DNA of 64,000 nucleotides from a virus. The first letter of the stretch is position 1. Every line of letters starts with the position of its first letter. Shown in pieces: positions 28,930 to 37,581 of the stretch. Position numbers and translations under genes: made by a program. Below the pieces are notes generated by a model. That model saw only the letters and a list, made by a program, of their open reading frames with translations, was not told the origin of the DNA and did no database searches. The stretch spans positions 51,065 through 115,064 of IMG/VR virus record IMGVR_UViG_3300027833_000021; one strand, 5' to 3'.

Positions 28930-30222
28930 ATGGATAATAAATGGCAATTACATACAGGTCTAGGTGACCCGACATGTGCATTAAAATTTGGTTGGTCTAC
29001 TGTTAAATTATCAGAAGGAACATCTGCATCTTGTCATAGAACTGCATACGATAAAGTACCTGAGGGAGACTTTGGTAAATTTCATCACACTCCTACTCAG
29101 ATGGAAACTCGTAAACTTATGTTGGAAGGTAAATGGCCGGGTCAAGGCTGTGAGTACTGCAAGAAAATAGAAGATGCTGGTGGTATATCAGATAGAATGG
29201 AGGCTAACTCCATGGACCCTAAACACTTTAGTACAACTGAATGTAAAATATTAGAAGTATATTTTAGTAATGTATGTAATCAAGCATGTATATATTGCTC
29301 TCCTGAATATAGTTCTATGTGGGAAGTTGAGAATAAGAAGTTCGAACTAGAAATGGTTGTTAATCCTCATGGAAAAGAATTCCTTAAAGACAAAGATAAT
29401 TTCAAAAGAATAAAGAGTGAGTTTTGGGAATGGATGGAAAACAACCATAAGCCATTAGTTAAATATAATATACTAGGAGGTGAACCATTCTTTCAACCAG
29501 AACTCGCAGAGAATTTAGACTTCTTTGAAACTCATCCTTGTCCTAATTTGGAATTAACAATAATTAGCAACCTCAAGTGCCCAGAGAAAAGATTTCGTGC
29601 AACAATGGATAAGATAGATAATCTTCGTGCCATTGGTCATCTAGGACAGGTAAGAATTACTGGTTCTATTGATTGTTGGGGGGATGCATTTGAATACACA
29701 CGTTGGGGTGCAAAGTTAGAAGAGTTCGACAGAAATCTTGGTATACTTATGTTAGATTATAAAGAGATAGAAGTTGAAATACATATGACTATGGGTGCTA
29801 CAACAATAAAAGATATGCCAGAACTAATAACAAGATTAAACTATTGGAATAATCTAAGAAATCCATTAAGAGAAAAGTCATCTCAAGTAGAGTCGGGTGT
29901 GAAAGAGAATAGTCATATTAAACCTATACATCTCAATGCTAACTTTGTTGTATGGCCGCATCATATGGCACCTGACATATTCCCTACAGGATTCTTTAAA
30001 GAAGATTTTAAAAGGGTAAATGCAGAGTTAGACAAAGGCATCTGGCGCCGTACTTTGTATGAATTGATGAAAGGATATGAAAAGTCAATAGATAATTCAC
30101 CGGGTGATTATGAACTAATAAATAAACTAAAAGAAGATTTAACAAATATAGACAGAAGAAGAGGATGTGATTCGAAGAAAACATTCCCTTGGTTATATAA
30201 ATTTAATGAAAAAAATACATGA
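28930..30222 (+). CDS. Radical SAM protein (twitch type)
   Basis: CALKF...SCH...CEYC, CNQACIYC and GGEPF. Confidence 0.9.
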   Translation: MDNKWQLHTGLGDPTCALKFGWSTVKLSEGTSASCHRTAYDKVPEGDFGKFHHTPTQMETRKLMLEGKWPGQGCEYCKKIEDAGGISDRMEANSMDPKHFSTTECKILEVYFSNVCNQACIYCSPEYSSMWEVENKKFELEMVVNPHGKEFLKDKDNFKRIKSEFWEWMENNHKPLVKYNILGGEPFFQPELAENLDFFETHPCPNLELTIISNLKCPEKRFRATMDKIDNLRAIGHLGQVRITGSIDCWGDAFEYTRWGAKLEEFDRNLGILMLDYKEIEVEIHMTMGATTIKDMPELITRLNYWNNLRNPLREKSSQVESGVKENSHIKPIHLNANFVVWPHHMAPDIFPTGFFKEDFKRVNAELDKGIWRRTLYELMKGYEKSIDNSPGDYELINKLKEDLTNIDRRRGCDSKKTFPWLYKFNEKNT

Positions 30223-31478
30223 AACAAAAAGAAATCATATCTAAGACATATTGTCCACTTCCCTTTAATCACTTATATGTACATCCCACAAATATGGCAA
30301 GTGTATGCTGTGCATTTCGTAAAGAGGGCGAGAGAGAAAGTTTACCTAATATCAAAGAGTATAAGAATTTAGGTGACCACTTAAAGCATCCATTCATAAA
30401 AGACATACAACAAAAGATGTTGAAAGGCGAGAAAGTAGATGGATGTGCTACGTGCTATTATGCTGAAGAGCATGGATATGAGAGTATGCGTGAGAAAGAA
30501 ATAGCAACTTGGCATATTGAAACATTTCGAAACTTTACCCCACCTGATTTAGAAAATCCAAAACTAGAATTTTTAGAAATGACATTTGGCAACTATTGTA
30601 ATCTAGCATGTAGAACATGTCATAGTGACCTAAGTCATAGTTGGATTGAAGACGAAGAAGAACTCGTAAAGCGTGGTCTTATGGGTAAAGTAGGTAATAA
30701 GAGAATTAATATTGAAAAAGAATGGCACCCAGACGATTTTAAAGATTTACAGTATATAAAGATAACTGGCGGTGAGCCTATGTTACATCCTGATTTTCCT
30801 AAGTTTATGGCACAGTTAGAACAAAAAAATGTTTACTGTTTCATATTTACTAATGCAAGTTGGGTGCCAAAGAAAAGAATCTTTGATATGTTAAAAGACT
30901 TTAAATTCCTTCAAGTATTTCTTAGTGTAGATGGCACTGGTGATGTACAAGAGTATATGAGACATAACGCTAAGTGGGACACAACACACAAATCAGTAAG
31001 AACATGGATGGAATGGTCAGTCACTATGCCTAATGTTCAGGTAGCATGGGCGCCAACGTGGTCATTAATGAATGCAAGTTACTTCGTAGAAACATGTAAT
31101 TGGTGGTTAGGACTAACAGAAGAAATACTGAGAGATAAAAAACCTGGTGCAGACTGGAACTTAGTAAAAACAAATTTCGTATACGGTCCATCAATCTATC
31201 AAATGAGTTTATTACCAAAGAAGACAAAAGAAAAACTAAAAATAGATGTACAAGAGTATATCGAAGAATTAAAGAATGGTGATATTGGCACATCTGAACT
31301 TATAATTGAGATGGCAGAAGCATATGTTCAATTCTTTGATAAAAACGAAAGCAATATGAATAAAAATTTTACAGACTATCACAAAATGACAGATGCATTA
31401 GATGAAATGCGTGGGCAATCTCTTAAGAAAATGATACCATTGACCTATAAAGCAATGTACGAAATAGAGAAAAAGTAA
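30219..31478 (+). CDS. Radical SAM protein, close paralogue of 27627..28916
   Basis: Near-identical MKQKEIISKTYCPLPFNHLYVHPTNMASVCC, CNLACRTC and TGGEPMLHPDFPKF. Confidence 0.9.
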   Translation: MKQKEIISKTYCPLPFNHLYVHPTNMASVCCAFRKEGERESLPNIKEYKNLGDHLKHPFIKDIQQKMLKGEKVDGCATCYYAEEHGYESMREKEIATWHIETFRNFTPPDLENPKLEFLEMTFGNYCNLACRTCHSDLSHSWIEDEEELVKRGLMGKVGNKRINIEKEWHPDDFKDLQYIKITGGEPMLHPDFPKFMAQLEQKNVYCFIFTNASWVPKKRIFDMLKDFKFLQVFLSVDGTGDVQEYMRHNAKWDTTHKSVRTWMEWSVTMPNVQVAWAPTWSLMNASYFVETCNWWLGLTEEILRDKKPGADWNLVKTNFVYGPSIYQMSLLPKKTKEKLKIDVQEYIEELKNGDIGTSELIIEMAEAYVQFFDKNESNMNKNFTDYHKMTDALDEMRGQSLKKMIPLTYKAMYEIEKK

Positions 31479-31547
31479 AATATAGGTTGACATTTAGTAA
31501 TAGTTTGTGGTATAATAGACTTAATTAACAATACAAATAGGTAGAAT

Positions 31548-31976
31548 ATGAATGATACTCCCGAAACACCAAAACCATTAGTAAGCGAATCTGGTGAATA
31601 TGAAAACCTTATGGACCTCGCTGACCAGAATAAGGCAGAAGCAGAAGAAAATCCTGATGCTTTTCAAAGTCTATTCGAAGTAGAAGAAACTGTAATCGAC
31701 CCAGACCATTGGACGCAACACTGGAAGGGAATGCCAGAGTATAAACAAGAAGACAACGGTCCATGGAAGACAGTGAGAATTCACTTCAGAAATGAAGAAG
31801 ACTATAATGAGTTTGCAAAGTTAACTGGTAATACACACCTCACAAAGAAAACAAAAAGTGCTTGGTATCCGAAATTAGAGATTACTAAAAATGCGTTACT
31901 ACGTTGGATAGAAGATGACGACGGAGACGAAGACGACATACCATCAACGTATGACGAAGACAATGAAGAGGTGTAA
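31548..31976 (+). CDS. Acidic protein directly upstream of the GREB1-type glycosyltransferase
   Basis: WKGMPEY...HFRNEEDY.EF...KTKSAWYP; follows a sigma70 promoter and abuts the next gene. Confidence 0.6.
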   Translation: MNDTPETPKPLVSESGEYENLMDLADQNKAEAEENPDAFQSLFEVEETVIDPDHWTQHWKGMPEYKQEDNGPWKTVRIHFRNEEDYNEFAKLTGNTHLTKKTKSAWYPKLEITKNALLRWIEDDDGDEDDIPSTYDEDNEEV

Positions 31977-32918
31977 ATGAGAACAGCACCAAAATATCCA
32001 GTCTATATTATCTCTAAAACAAGACACGAATCTATGTTTACTTCTAGGTCATTGTCTCGTATGAAGATACATCATTATATTGCCATTGAGCCACAAGACT
32101 ATGACAATTACGATAAATGTTTAGATACTTTTAATATTAGAGACTATGTTACACTATTAGTATTGCCATTCAGTAATCACGGTGATGGTCCTGGTAGAGC
32201 AAGAAATTGGTGTTGGGACCACTCTATGGAAGTCCTAGGCGCTAAAAGACATTGGGTAATGGATGATAACATACAGGACTTCTACAGATTACATAACAAT
32301 CAACGTATTCGTGTTGAGTCAGGTGTAATGTTTAAGATTATGGAAGACTTCTGTGATAGATATGATAATGTAAAGATTGCAGGTCCACAGTATCGTTTCT
32401 TCTGTGCGGCAGACCAATCATATCCACCTTATGTAAAGAACACAAGAATTTATTCTACACTTCTAATCGAAAACGATTGTAAGTATAGATGGCGAGGCAG
32501 ATATAATGAAGACACTGATATCTGTTTGAGAGTTCTTAAAGATGGTGATTGCACTGTACAGTTTAATGCGTTCTTACAAGGTAAGTGTGCAACTCAAACA
32601 GTCAAAGGTGGTAATACCGAAGAATTCTATCATGCTGAATTTACGGAAAATGAAGACTTTAAAAAGACAGGTTATAATACTGACGGTACAATCAACAAGT
32701 CACAGATGTTAGCAGACATGCATCCAGACGTTGCAAAAGTAGTTTGGAAATATGGAAGATGGCATCATTATGTAGATTACCTGCCATTTAAAAAGAATAT
32801 GTTATCTATCAAAGAAGGCACTCATTTGCCAGAAGGTATAAATAACTACGGACTAGAACTAAGAAAATATTCTAGTGTCCAAGATTTTGAAATAGAACAG
32901 AGAGTAACAAGCAAATAA
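31977..32918 (+). CDS. GREB1/TAGT-like glycosyltransferase (putative DNA base glycosylation)
   Basis: YPVYIISK.R, GPGRARNWCWDH, HWVMDDNI, WRGRYNEDTD and QTVKGGNT. Confidence 0.75.
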   Translation: MRTAPKYPVYIISKTRHESMFTSRSLSRMKIHHYIAIEPQDYDNYDKCLDTFNIRDYVTLLVLPFSNHGDGPGRARNWCWDHSMEVLGAKRHWVMDDNIQDFYRLHNNQRIRVESGVMFKIMEDFCDRYDNVKIAGPQYRFFCAADQSYPPYVKNTRIYSTLLIENDCKYRWRGRYNEDTDICLRVLKDGDCTVQFNAFLQGKCATQTVKGGNTEEFYHAEFTENEDFKKTGYNTDGTINKSQMLADMHPDVAKVVWKYGRWHHYVDYLPFKKNMLSIKEGTHLPEGINNYGLELRKYSSVQDFEIEQRVTSK

Positions 32919-32932
32919 AATAATAATAATTA

Positions 32933-33008
32933 GCCGATGTAGCACAGTTGGTAGTGCAACTGATTTGTAATCAGTAGGTCGGGAGTTCGAGTCTCTCCAT
33001 CGGCACCA
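32933..33008 (+). tRNA. tRNA-Thr(UGU)
   Basis: Cloverleaf; anticodon loop TTTGTAA, GTTCGA T-loop, encoded CCA. Confidence 0.95.
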
Positions 33009-33018
33009 TATTTAAAAT

Positions 33019-33092
33019 GCGGCTATGATGTAAGGGTAGCCTCCCTCGTTGCCAACGAGAGTGTCCGAGTTCGAATCTCGGTAGCCGCTCCA
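33019..33092 (+). tRNA. tRNA-Gly(GCC)
   Basis: Loop TTGCCAA, GTTCGAAT, CCA end; minor mismatches in the D and anticodon stems. Confidence 0.85.
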
Positions 33093-33098
33093 GTTCGT

Positions 33099-33174
33099 TC
33101 CTCAGTAGTTCAGTTGGTAGAACACCGGACTGTTAATCCGTATGTCGCTAGTTCGAGCCTAGCCTGAGGAGCCA
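33099..33174 (+). tRNA. tRNA-Asn(GUU)
   Basis: TCCTCAG/CTGAGGA acceptor stem, loop CTGTTAA, CCA end. Confidence 0.95.
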
Positions 33175-33180
33175 AAATTC

Positions 33181-33270
33181 GGAGAAGTGGGAGAGTGGTT
33201 TAATCCACCGGTCTTGAAAACCGGCGTACCTTTATCGGTACCGTGAGTTCGAATCTCACCTTCTCCGCCA
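33181..33270 (+). tRNA. tRNA-Ser(UGA)
   Basis: Long variable arm, loop CTTGAAA, CCA end. Confidence 0.95.
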
Positions 33271-33289
33271 CTCTAAAGAAAGAAACAAC

Positions 33290-33514
33290 ATGTTTACAGT
33301 CGAAGAAGAATTCGATGAAAGTATCGTAACTATATTGGACATAAATGGACAATATGAAGATATTATGATGTATTATTCCGAGAATGGTGTATACATTACA
33401 CAGTATAATGAACAAACTGATGAAGATACAATCATAGAATTGACTACAGAAATGTGGGAAACAATGATTGAAGCCTATAATAGAACTAACGGAACATATA
33501 TAGTCACAAAATAG
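33290..33514 (+). CDS. Hypothetical acidic protein
   Basis: 74-aa ORF after the tRNA cluster. Confidence 0.6.
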   Translation: MFTVEEEFDESIVTILDINGQYEDIMMYYSENGVYITQYNEQTDEDTIIELTTEMWETMIEAYNRTNGTYIVTK

Positions 33515-33517
33515 TTA

Positions 33518-33577
33518 TTGACATCTCCTGGAATTATGTTATATTAATTACATAATCAATAGAGAGAACGAATCACA
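33518..33577 (+). promoter_or_regulatory. Early promoter cassette
   Basis: TTGACA...TGTTATATTAATTACATAATCA...AGAGAGAACGAATCAC. Confidence 0.75.
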
Positions 33578-33769
33578 ATGAACATTTTTACTTTTACTGC
33601 ATATGGTGAAGAATTTACAGCACCAGCGGAAGCAGGACGTGACCTATTCCGAGAAGCAACAAATGAACTTTTATGGCAAAATCCTGAGTACAAACCAGGC
33701 ATGTGGGTAGAATCATATAATAACACTTATATCTGGACAGAAGGTGCAATGCCTAAGATTTTTGAGTAA
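33578..33769 (+). CDS. Small early hypothetical protein
   Basis: 63-aa ORF with its own promoter. Confidence 0.65.
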   Translation: MNIFTFTAYGEEFTAPAEAGRDLFREATNELLWQNPEYKPGMWVESYNNTYIWTEGAMPKIFE

Positions 33770-33773
33770 AAAC

Positions 33774-33832
33774 TTGACAAACCAGCGAATCGTGTTATAT
33801 TAATTACATAATCAGAGAAAAGAGAGAATCAC
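33774..33832 (+). promoter_or_regulatory. Early promoter cassette (repeat of 33518)
   Basis: TTGACA...TGTTATATTAATTACATAATCA...AGAGAGAATCAC. Confidence 0.75.
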
Positions 33833-34078
33833 ATGTCAATCATATATTCAACATTAACAGACTCAATTACTAAAGCAACTTTCGACCCAGACAACTGGAA
33901 TGCTGATGGTAGCATTAACTGGAGTTTTGTTGACTCAGATGCGTACCACGAATGTTTTAAATTGTATGCAAGTGTTGAGGGTTTCTACCGTGATTTTAAC
34001 GAGATTGTTAACTGTATAATCGCAGAAATGCGTGAAGAAGCAGATGCAGAAGCACGTTTTGAGATTGTAAATTCTTAG
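33833..34078 (+). CDS. Small early hypothetical protein
   Basis: Contains N.DGSINWSFVDSD; has its own promoter. Confidence 0.65.
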   Translation: MSIIYSTLTDSITKATFDPDNWNADGSINWSFVDSDAYHECFKLYASVEGFYRDFNEIVNCIIAEMREEADAEARFEIVNS

Positions 34079-34086
34079 TCAAAAAC

Positions 34087-34115
34087 TTGACAGATTCGTG
34101 AATCTGTGGTATAAT
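34087..34115 (+). promoter_or_regulatory. sigma70 promoter with a palindromic spacer
   Basis: TTGACA-17 nt-TATAAT containing ACAGATTC-GT-GAATCTGT. Confidence 0.8.
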
Positions 34116-34147
34116 ATAAGTATATTCAACAATAGAGAGGTAATAAT

Positions 34148-34498
34148 ATGACAAACGCAACAGTAGATTTAGAGTTGATTCCAGCAATTATAGAAGAGGC
34201 AAAAGAAGCCGCTTATATTGCCGCTGATAAGTTTTTTAACGAAAAACTTGGTGGTGAAGACCAGATGGCATGTGGTTTCGCATGGGTTAACATTTACGGT
34301 GTTAAGATGAATACTAAGTTAGGTAAAGCGTTTAAAGCCGCTGGCCTTGACAAGGATTACTCAGGTGCTATTAGTATTTGGAATCCATCAGGTATTAACG
34401 TACAAAACGTTGATGTTAAAGAAGCGGGTGCCGAAGCGGCCGCTGATGTGTTCACAAATTATGGTTTCAAAGCATACGCAGGTTCTAGGTTAGATTAA
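34148..34498 (+). CDS. Conserved phage early protein
   Basis: ACGFAWV...Q...KEAGAEAAA...SRLD pattern. Confidence 0.65.
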   Translation: MTNATVDLELIPAIIEEAKEAAYIAADKFFNEKLGGEDQMACGFAWVNIYGVKMNTKLGKAFKAAGLDKDYSGAISIWNPSGINVQNVDVKEAGAEAAADVFTNYGFKAYAGSRLD

Positions 34499-34634
34499 TA
34501 AAATTATGAAATTAATTACAGAAAACTTTTACTCTTGGTGTTTTATGCATGTATTAGGCAGTCTGCCGTATGAATACATGCGTAACGAGGGTCAGATGTA
34601 ATTATAATAATAAGAAACTATTAATAATAACTTC

Positions 34635-34660
34635 AGGCCCTCTTTATGAGGGCTTTTTTT
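34635..34660 (+). terminator. Intrinsic terminator
   Basis: GGCCCTC-TTTAT-GAGGGCT followed by TTTTTT. Confidence 0.8.
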
Positions 34661-34662
34661 AT

Positions 34663-34738
34663 GACTACACTTCGCCTTACTGCAATAAGGTGTCTTTGCA
34701 GAGACAGAGGCCTCGAAAGGGTCAAAGATAGTGTAGTT
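34663..34738 (+). ncRNA. Candidate tRNA-sized four-way-junction RNA
   Basis: Closing stem GACTACACT/AGTGTAGTT around three hairpins; immediately upstream of tRNA-Cys. Confidence 0.45.
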
Positions 34739-34751
34739 TTAAAAGAATAAC

Positions 34752-34825
34752 GTTGGCGTGGCAGAATGATTATGCGACGGATTGCAAATCCGTTTATATA
34801 GGTTTGATTCCTATCGCCAACTCCA
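34752..34825 (+). tRNA. tRNA-Cys(GCA)
   Basis: GTTGGCG/CGCCAAC acceptor stem, loop TTGCAAA, CCA end; T-loop reads TTTGATT. Confidence 0.88.
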
Positions 34826-34827
34826 AT

Positions 34828-34901
34828 ATCGGTGAAGTGTTTCGGTAGCACGACAGTCTCCAAAACTGTAAGGCGGGGTTCGACTCCCTGCACCGATGCC
34901 A
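34828..34901 (+). tRNA. tRNA-Trp(CCA)
   Basis: ATCGGTG/CACCGAT acceptor stem, loop CTCCAAA, GTTCGA, CCA end. Confidence 0.9.
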
Positions 34902-34985
34902 CTTGACATTAGGTATTCAATGTGTTATTATAATAGAGTAGTAATAATGCTACAACACACAGAAACATACACACAGGAGAAGTAA

Positions 34986-35216
34986 ATGGTTTCAAATAAT
35001 AAAAATGCGTATGAGATACGCACAGAGATACTAAGCATGGCTCAAGGTTTTGTTATGGATAAATTTCATAACAAACATCAAAAATGGTTAGATTCGACAG
35101 ATAGACATCCAGAAACGGGTGTTATATTGTATGTTGGCGAAGCGCCAAAGTATCCTACCTCTGACGAGATACTAGCAGAAGCAGAGAAGTTATATTCTTT
35201 CGTTGATACTAAGTAG
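34986..35216 (+). CDS. Conserved phage hypothetical protein
   Basis: KNAYEIRTEIL...YPTSDEILAEAEKLYSFV; promoter at 34903 and an AC-rich leader with AGGAGA RBS. Confidence 0.7.
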   Translation: MVSNNKNAYEIRTEILSMAQGFVMDKFHNKHQKWLDSTDRHPETGVILYVGEAPKYPTSDEILAEAEKLYSFVDTK

Positions 35217-35223
35217 TTAGATT

Positions 35224-35250
35224 AAGCCACCTTCGGGTGGCTTTTTTATT
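35224..35250. terminator. Terminator between convergent transcription units
   Basis: AAGCCACC-TTCG-GGTGGCTT followed by TTTT; UUCG tetraloop. Confidence 0.85.
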
Positions 35251-35389
35251 TGGCGTAGTTAATACTTCTTTTCGACCCTTTTTGAGGTCGCATTCCTGCT
35301 GAAAAATGTCTATCAGGATATCCTGTAGCATATAGTATGGACTTTGTTGGTATAACTCTACGAAATGGTTTCTTTACTAAATGTGTCAT
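35246..35389 (-). CDS. Small basic protein (47 aa, not in ORF track)
   Basis: MTHLVKKPFRRVIPTKSILYATGYPDRHFSAGMRPQKGSKRSINYAK; fills the gap to the terminator. Confidence 0.45.
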   Translation of the reverse strand: MTHLVKKPFRRVIPTKSILYATGYPDRHFSAGMRPQKGSKRSINYAK

Positions 35390-35540
35390 TTGTTTCTCTT
35401 GTAAATTTAATCCCACAATATCCACATACTACATATCCTTCTTCAGGTACAGAGTAATAAACTTTAGGATGACTATTATCCTCACCCATACAAGATACAC
35501 CTTCATCTTTAACATAGATTATTGTTTCTGGATTTGTCAT
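35358..35540 (-). CDS. zf-CHCC zinc-finger protein (NDUFS6-like)
   Basis: VSCMG...HPKVY...VCGYCG. Confidence 0.8.
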   Translation of the reverse strand: MTNPETIIYVKDEGVSCMGEDNSHPKVYYSVPEEGYVVCGYCGIKFTRETNDTFSKETIS

Positions 35541-36214
35541 TATTGCTTTTGGATATATAGATAGATTTTTTTGAGTAATCGTTTGATTACAGGATTATTT
35601 GTGTCCCAGTTGAATAGGGCAAAATAACCAAGCAAGTCAGGACTTAAGAATTGTCCTACTTTAGTTTTGAATTGTGCTGTTTTCTTAGCCATTCTTAGTA
35701 AGTCTACTGCACCTTCTTTACCAACCTTACGAATGAATTCATCACCAATGTTCATAGCATAGGCTTCGATTTCATCAGGACGGCTCATGTATTCTTTATG
35801 ACTGTCACTTTTGTCATAACCTTCAGAACCAGGATGATAATCTCTGTTTCTGTATTGTGTCATATGAAGAAGTTCATGTTTCAGAGTATCTTTTAGATGA
35901 TTTAAGAAATACTTTTTACTGTTCTTTGACCAAGTGAAACTCTCAGGTCCTTTAGAACTTAACACTATTCTAATGAATATTGATGTTTCTTGACCTTCGG
36001 ATTCTTCGTCTTTGTCTGGGTCATAGTGGGCACCTAGAGTTAGTTCGCCTTCTTCTAAATCGGGAACTCTTTCTATTTTTACTGATGCAATAGGAAAATG
36101 TTTTTCTACGATATCTATTATTTCGCTATGGGATTGGGTTCCCTTAATATCTTTTGCAATTCCAGACAAGTCTAATTCTTGTCCATCAGGTGCAATTATT
36201 TCCGATATTAACAT
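35540..36214 (-). CDS. HExxH metallopeptidase-like late protein
   Basis: LKHELLHMTQY and Y..RPDEIEAYA; likely start MLISEII. Confidence 0.6.
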   Translation of the reverse strand: MLISEIIAPDGQELDLSGIAKDIKGTQSHSEIIDIVEKHFPIASVKIERVPDLEEGELTLGAHYDPDKDEESEGQETSIFIRIVLSSKGPESFTWSKNSKKYFLNHLKDTLKHELLHMTQYRNRDYHPGSEGYDKSDSHKEYMSRPDEIEAYAMNIGDEFIRKVGKEGAVDLLRMAKKTAQFKTKVGQFLSPDLLGYFALFNWDTNNPVIKRLLKKIYLYIQKQ

Positions 36215-36215
36215 T

Positions 36216-36608
36216 TTACCAAGCCTTACAAGACCAGTAACGTGCTTTAGTTTTAGGGCCAGGATTTTTGCAGTTATGTCTTGCACGGAAACTAGCACGT
36301 GCTTTAGGATTAGACTTACGAATTTTCATAGTCTTTTCACCTTTTGATTTAGCACTTGTTCCGCCATGTCCAAAGTTTACTTTGATAACGTTACCTTTAT
36401 CATTGTTGACATATACTTTAAACTTCTTAACATCACCACGCATTGGTTTGTTTAGTTTAACTTTGCGACCTTGATATTCTGCTTCAAATAAATCGTTTTC
36501 GTCTTCACTATACGCAAGATATCCAAACTCTTCATGGAAGTCTTGGTTATCCTCTAAAGTAATTTCTTCAACGATTATTGATTCTTGTAATAATTCTGTT
36601 AGTTTCAT
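36216..36608 (-). CDS. Conserved T4-like phage late protein
   Basis: AEYQGRKVKLNKP...KVNFG...SFRARHNC...ARYWSC; late motif at 36639-46 on the minus strand. Confidence 0.7.
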   Translation of the reverse strand: MKLTELLQESIIVEEITLEDNQDFHEEFGYLAYSEDENDLFEAEYQGRKVKLNKPMRGDVKKFKVYVNNDKGNVIKVNFGHGGTSAKSKGEKTMKIRKSNPKARASFRARHNCKNPGPKTKARYWSCKAW

Positions 36609-36612
36609 ATCT

Positions 36613-36867
36613 TTACTTCTCTGTTATTGAACTAACTGTATTTATGCTTTTGGCTTCTCTTCGTTTTCTTTTAATTCGTCTAAAAACTTTGCCCCATGCT
36701 CTTTCATGTAAGAAGTATACAACAAACTTTATCATAGCATCAATAGATGCGATAGTACCGGCAACAGTAGCACTTCCAATTAGACCAAACGATATCATAA
36801 AGGTAATACATATAGATAGAAGTCGGTATGATAACGACTTATATAAGTGAATGTGTAGTGCTTTCAT
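36613..36867 (-). CDS. DUF2061 membrane protein
   Basis: KSLSYR...YFLHERAW signature. Confidence 0.8.
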   Translation of the reverse strand: MKALHIHLYKSLSYRLLSICITFMISFGLIGSATVAGTIASIDAMIKFVVYFLHERAWGKVFRRIKRKRREAKSINTVSSITEK

Positions 36868-37002
36868 TATTTTCTCCCCTCTCATATGTATTTATGGGTT
36901 ACTTTTGATGAAATATATGCTTATTTTTCTCAAAAACTTGACAAAAGTGGCTAATATGCTATAATTAGTGTATAAGTTAATTTTTATAGGGATGGTGGGT
37001 AA

Positions 37003-37581
37003 ATGAATACAGAATCATATGCAAAAGAATTGCGTGATATCTTTGACAGAAATGCATACTCAACACTAATTGCACAAGTAGGTGACCAGTTAAATGACCG
37101 AAAGGACCGCTTTGATAAGAGTGATATTATCGAACAAGCAGTTGCAGTCTATTCTGGTGACAGGCTTATATGGGTAGACTTAATTGGTCGTGACCACGTA
37201 GACCCAACAAGAAAGTTTGATTTAGAGTTCAAGTATGTATCGAACGGATTGTTTACAAAAGTTCAAAAGTTACCAAAAAAAATTGTGAATGTAAAGTTAA
37301 AGAATAACTTAGGTTCACATAAAGGTATTACAGTTGACCATCCAGCAGATTTCTATATGATTGGGCAACAAGACGCAATTGCAATAATCAGTTGGGAAGA
37401 TATTCAGAAATATCTAGTTGCAGTACCTGATGGTATCGAGGCACGTATTCCATTTGATGCTCTTAGTTTTATATTTGATTTCAATGATATTGAATACAGT
37501 CAAAAACAGATTAATGCAGATTATAAGAAGATTAAAATGGATGCTCAACGCCAATTGATTGAGACATTTAAAGATAGTTAA
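37003..37581 (+). CDS. Hypothetical protein, possible PD-(D/E)xK nuclease
   Basis: IIEQA...GRD...DLEFK pattern; own sigma70 promoter. Confidence 0.4.
   Translation: MNTESYAKELRDIFDRNAYSTLIAQVGDQLNDRKDRFDKSDIIEQAVAVYSGDRLIWVDLIGRDHVDPTRKFDLEFKYVSNGLFTKVQKLPKKIVNVKLKNNLGSHKGITVDHPADFYMIGQQDAIAIISWEDIQKYLVAVPDGIEARIPFDALSFIFDFNDIEYSQKQINADYKKIKMDAQRQLIETFKDS

Noticed and set aside
33181-33270. tRNA with a TGA anticodon and long arm read as a selenocysteine or opal-suppressor tRNA
   Set aside because: Anticodon UGA decodes UCA (Ser); tRNA-Sec would need anticodon UCA.
34506-34601. Tiny ORFs of about 30-36 aa (here, and near 54015-54110 and 61557-61667)
   Set aside because: They plausibly fill gaps but are too short to support without conservation data.
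33200-34902. Minus-strand ORFs 33200-33415 and 34633-34902
   Set aside because: They are antisense translations of tRNA genes.
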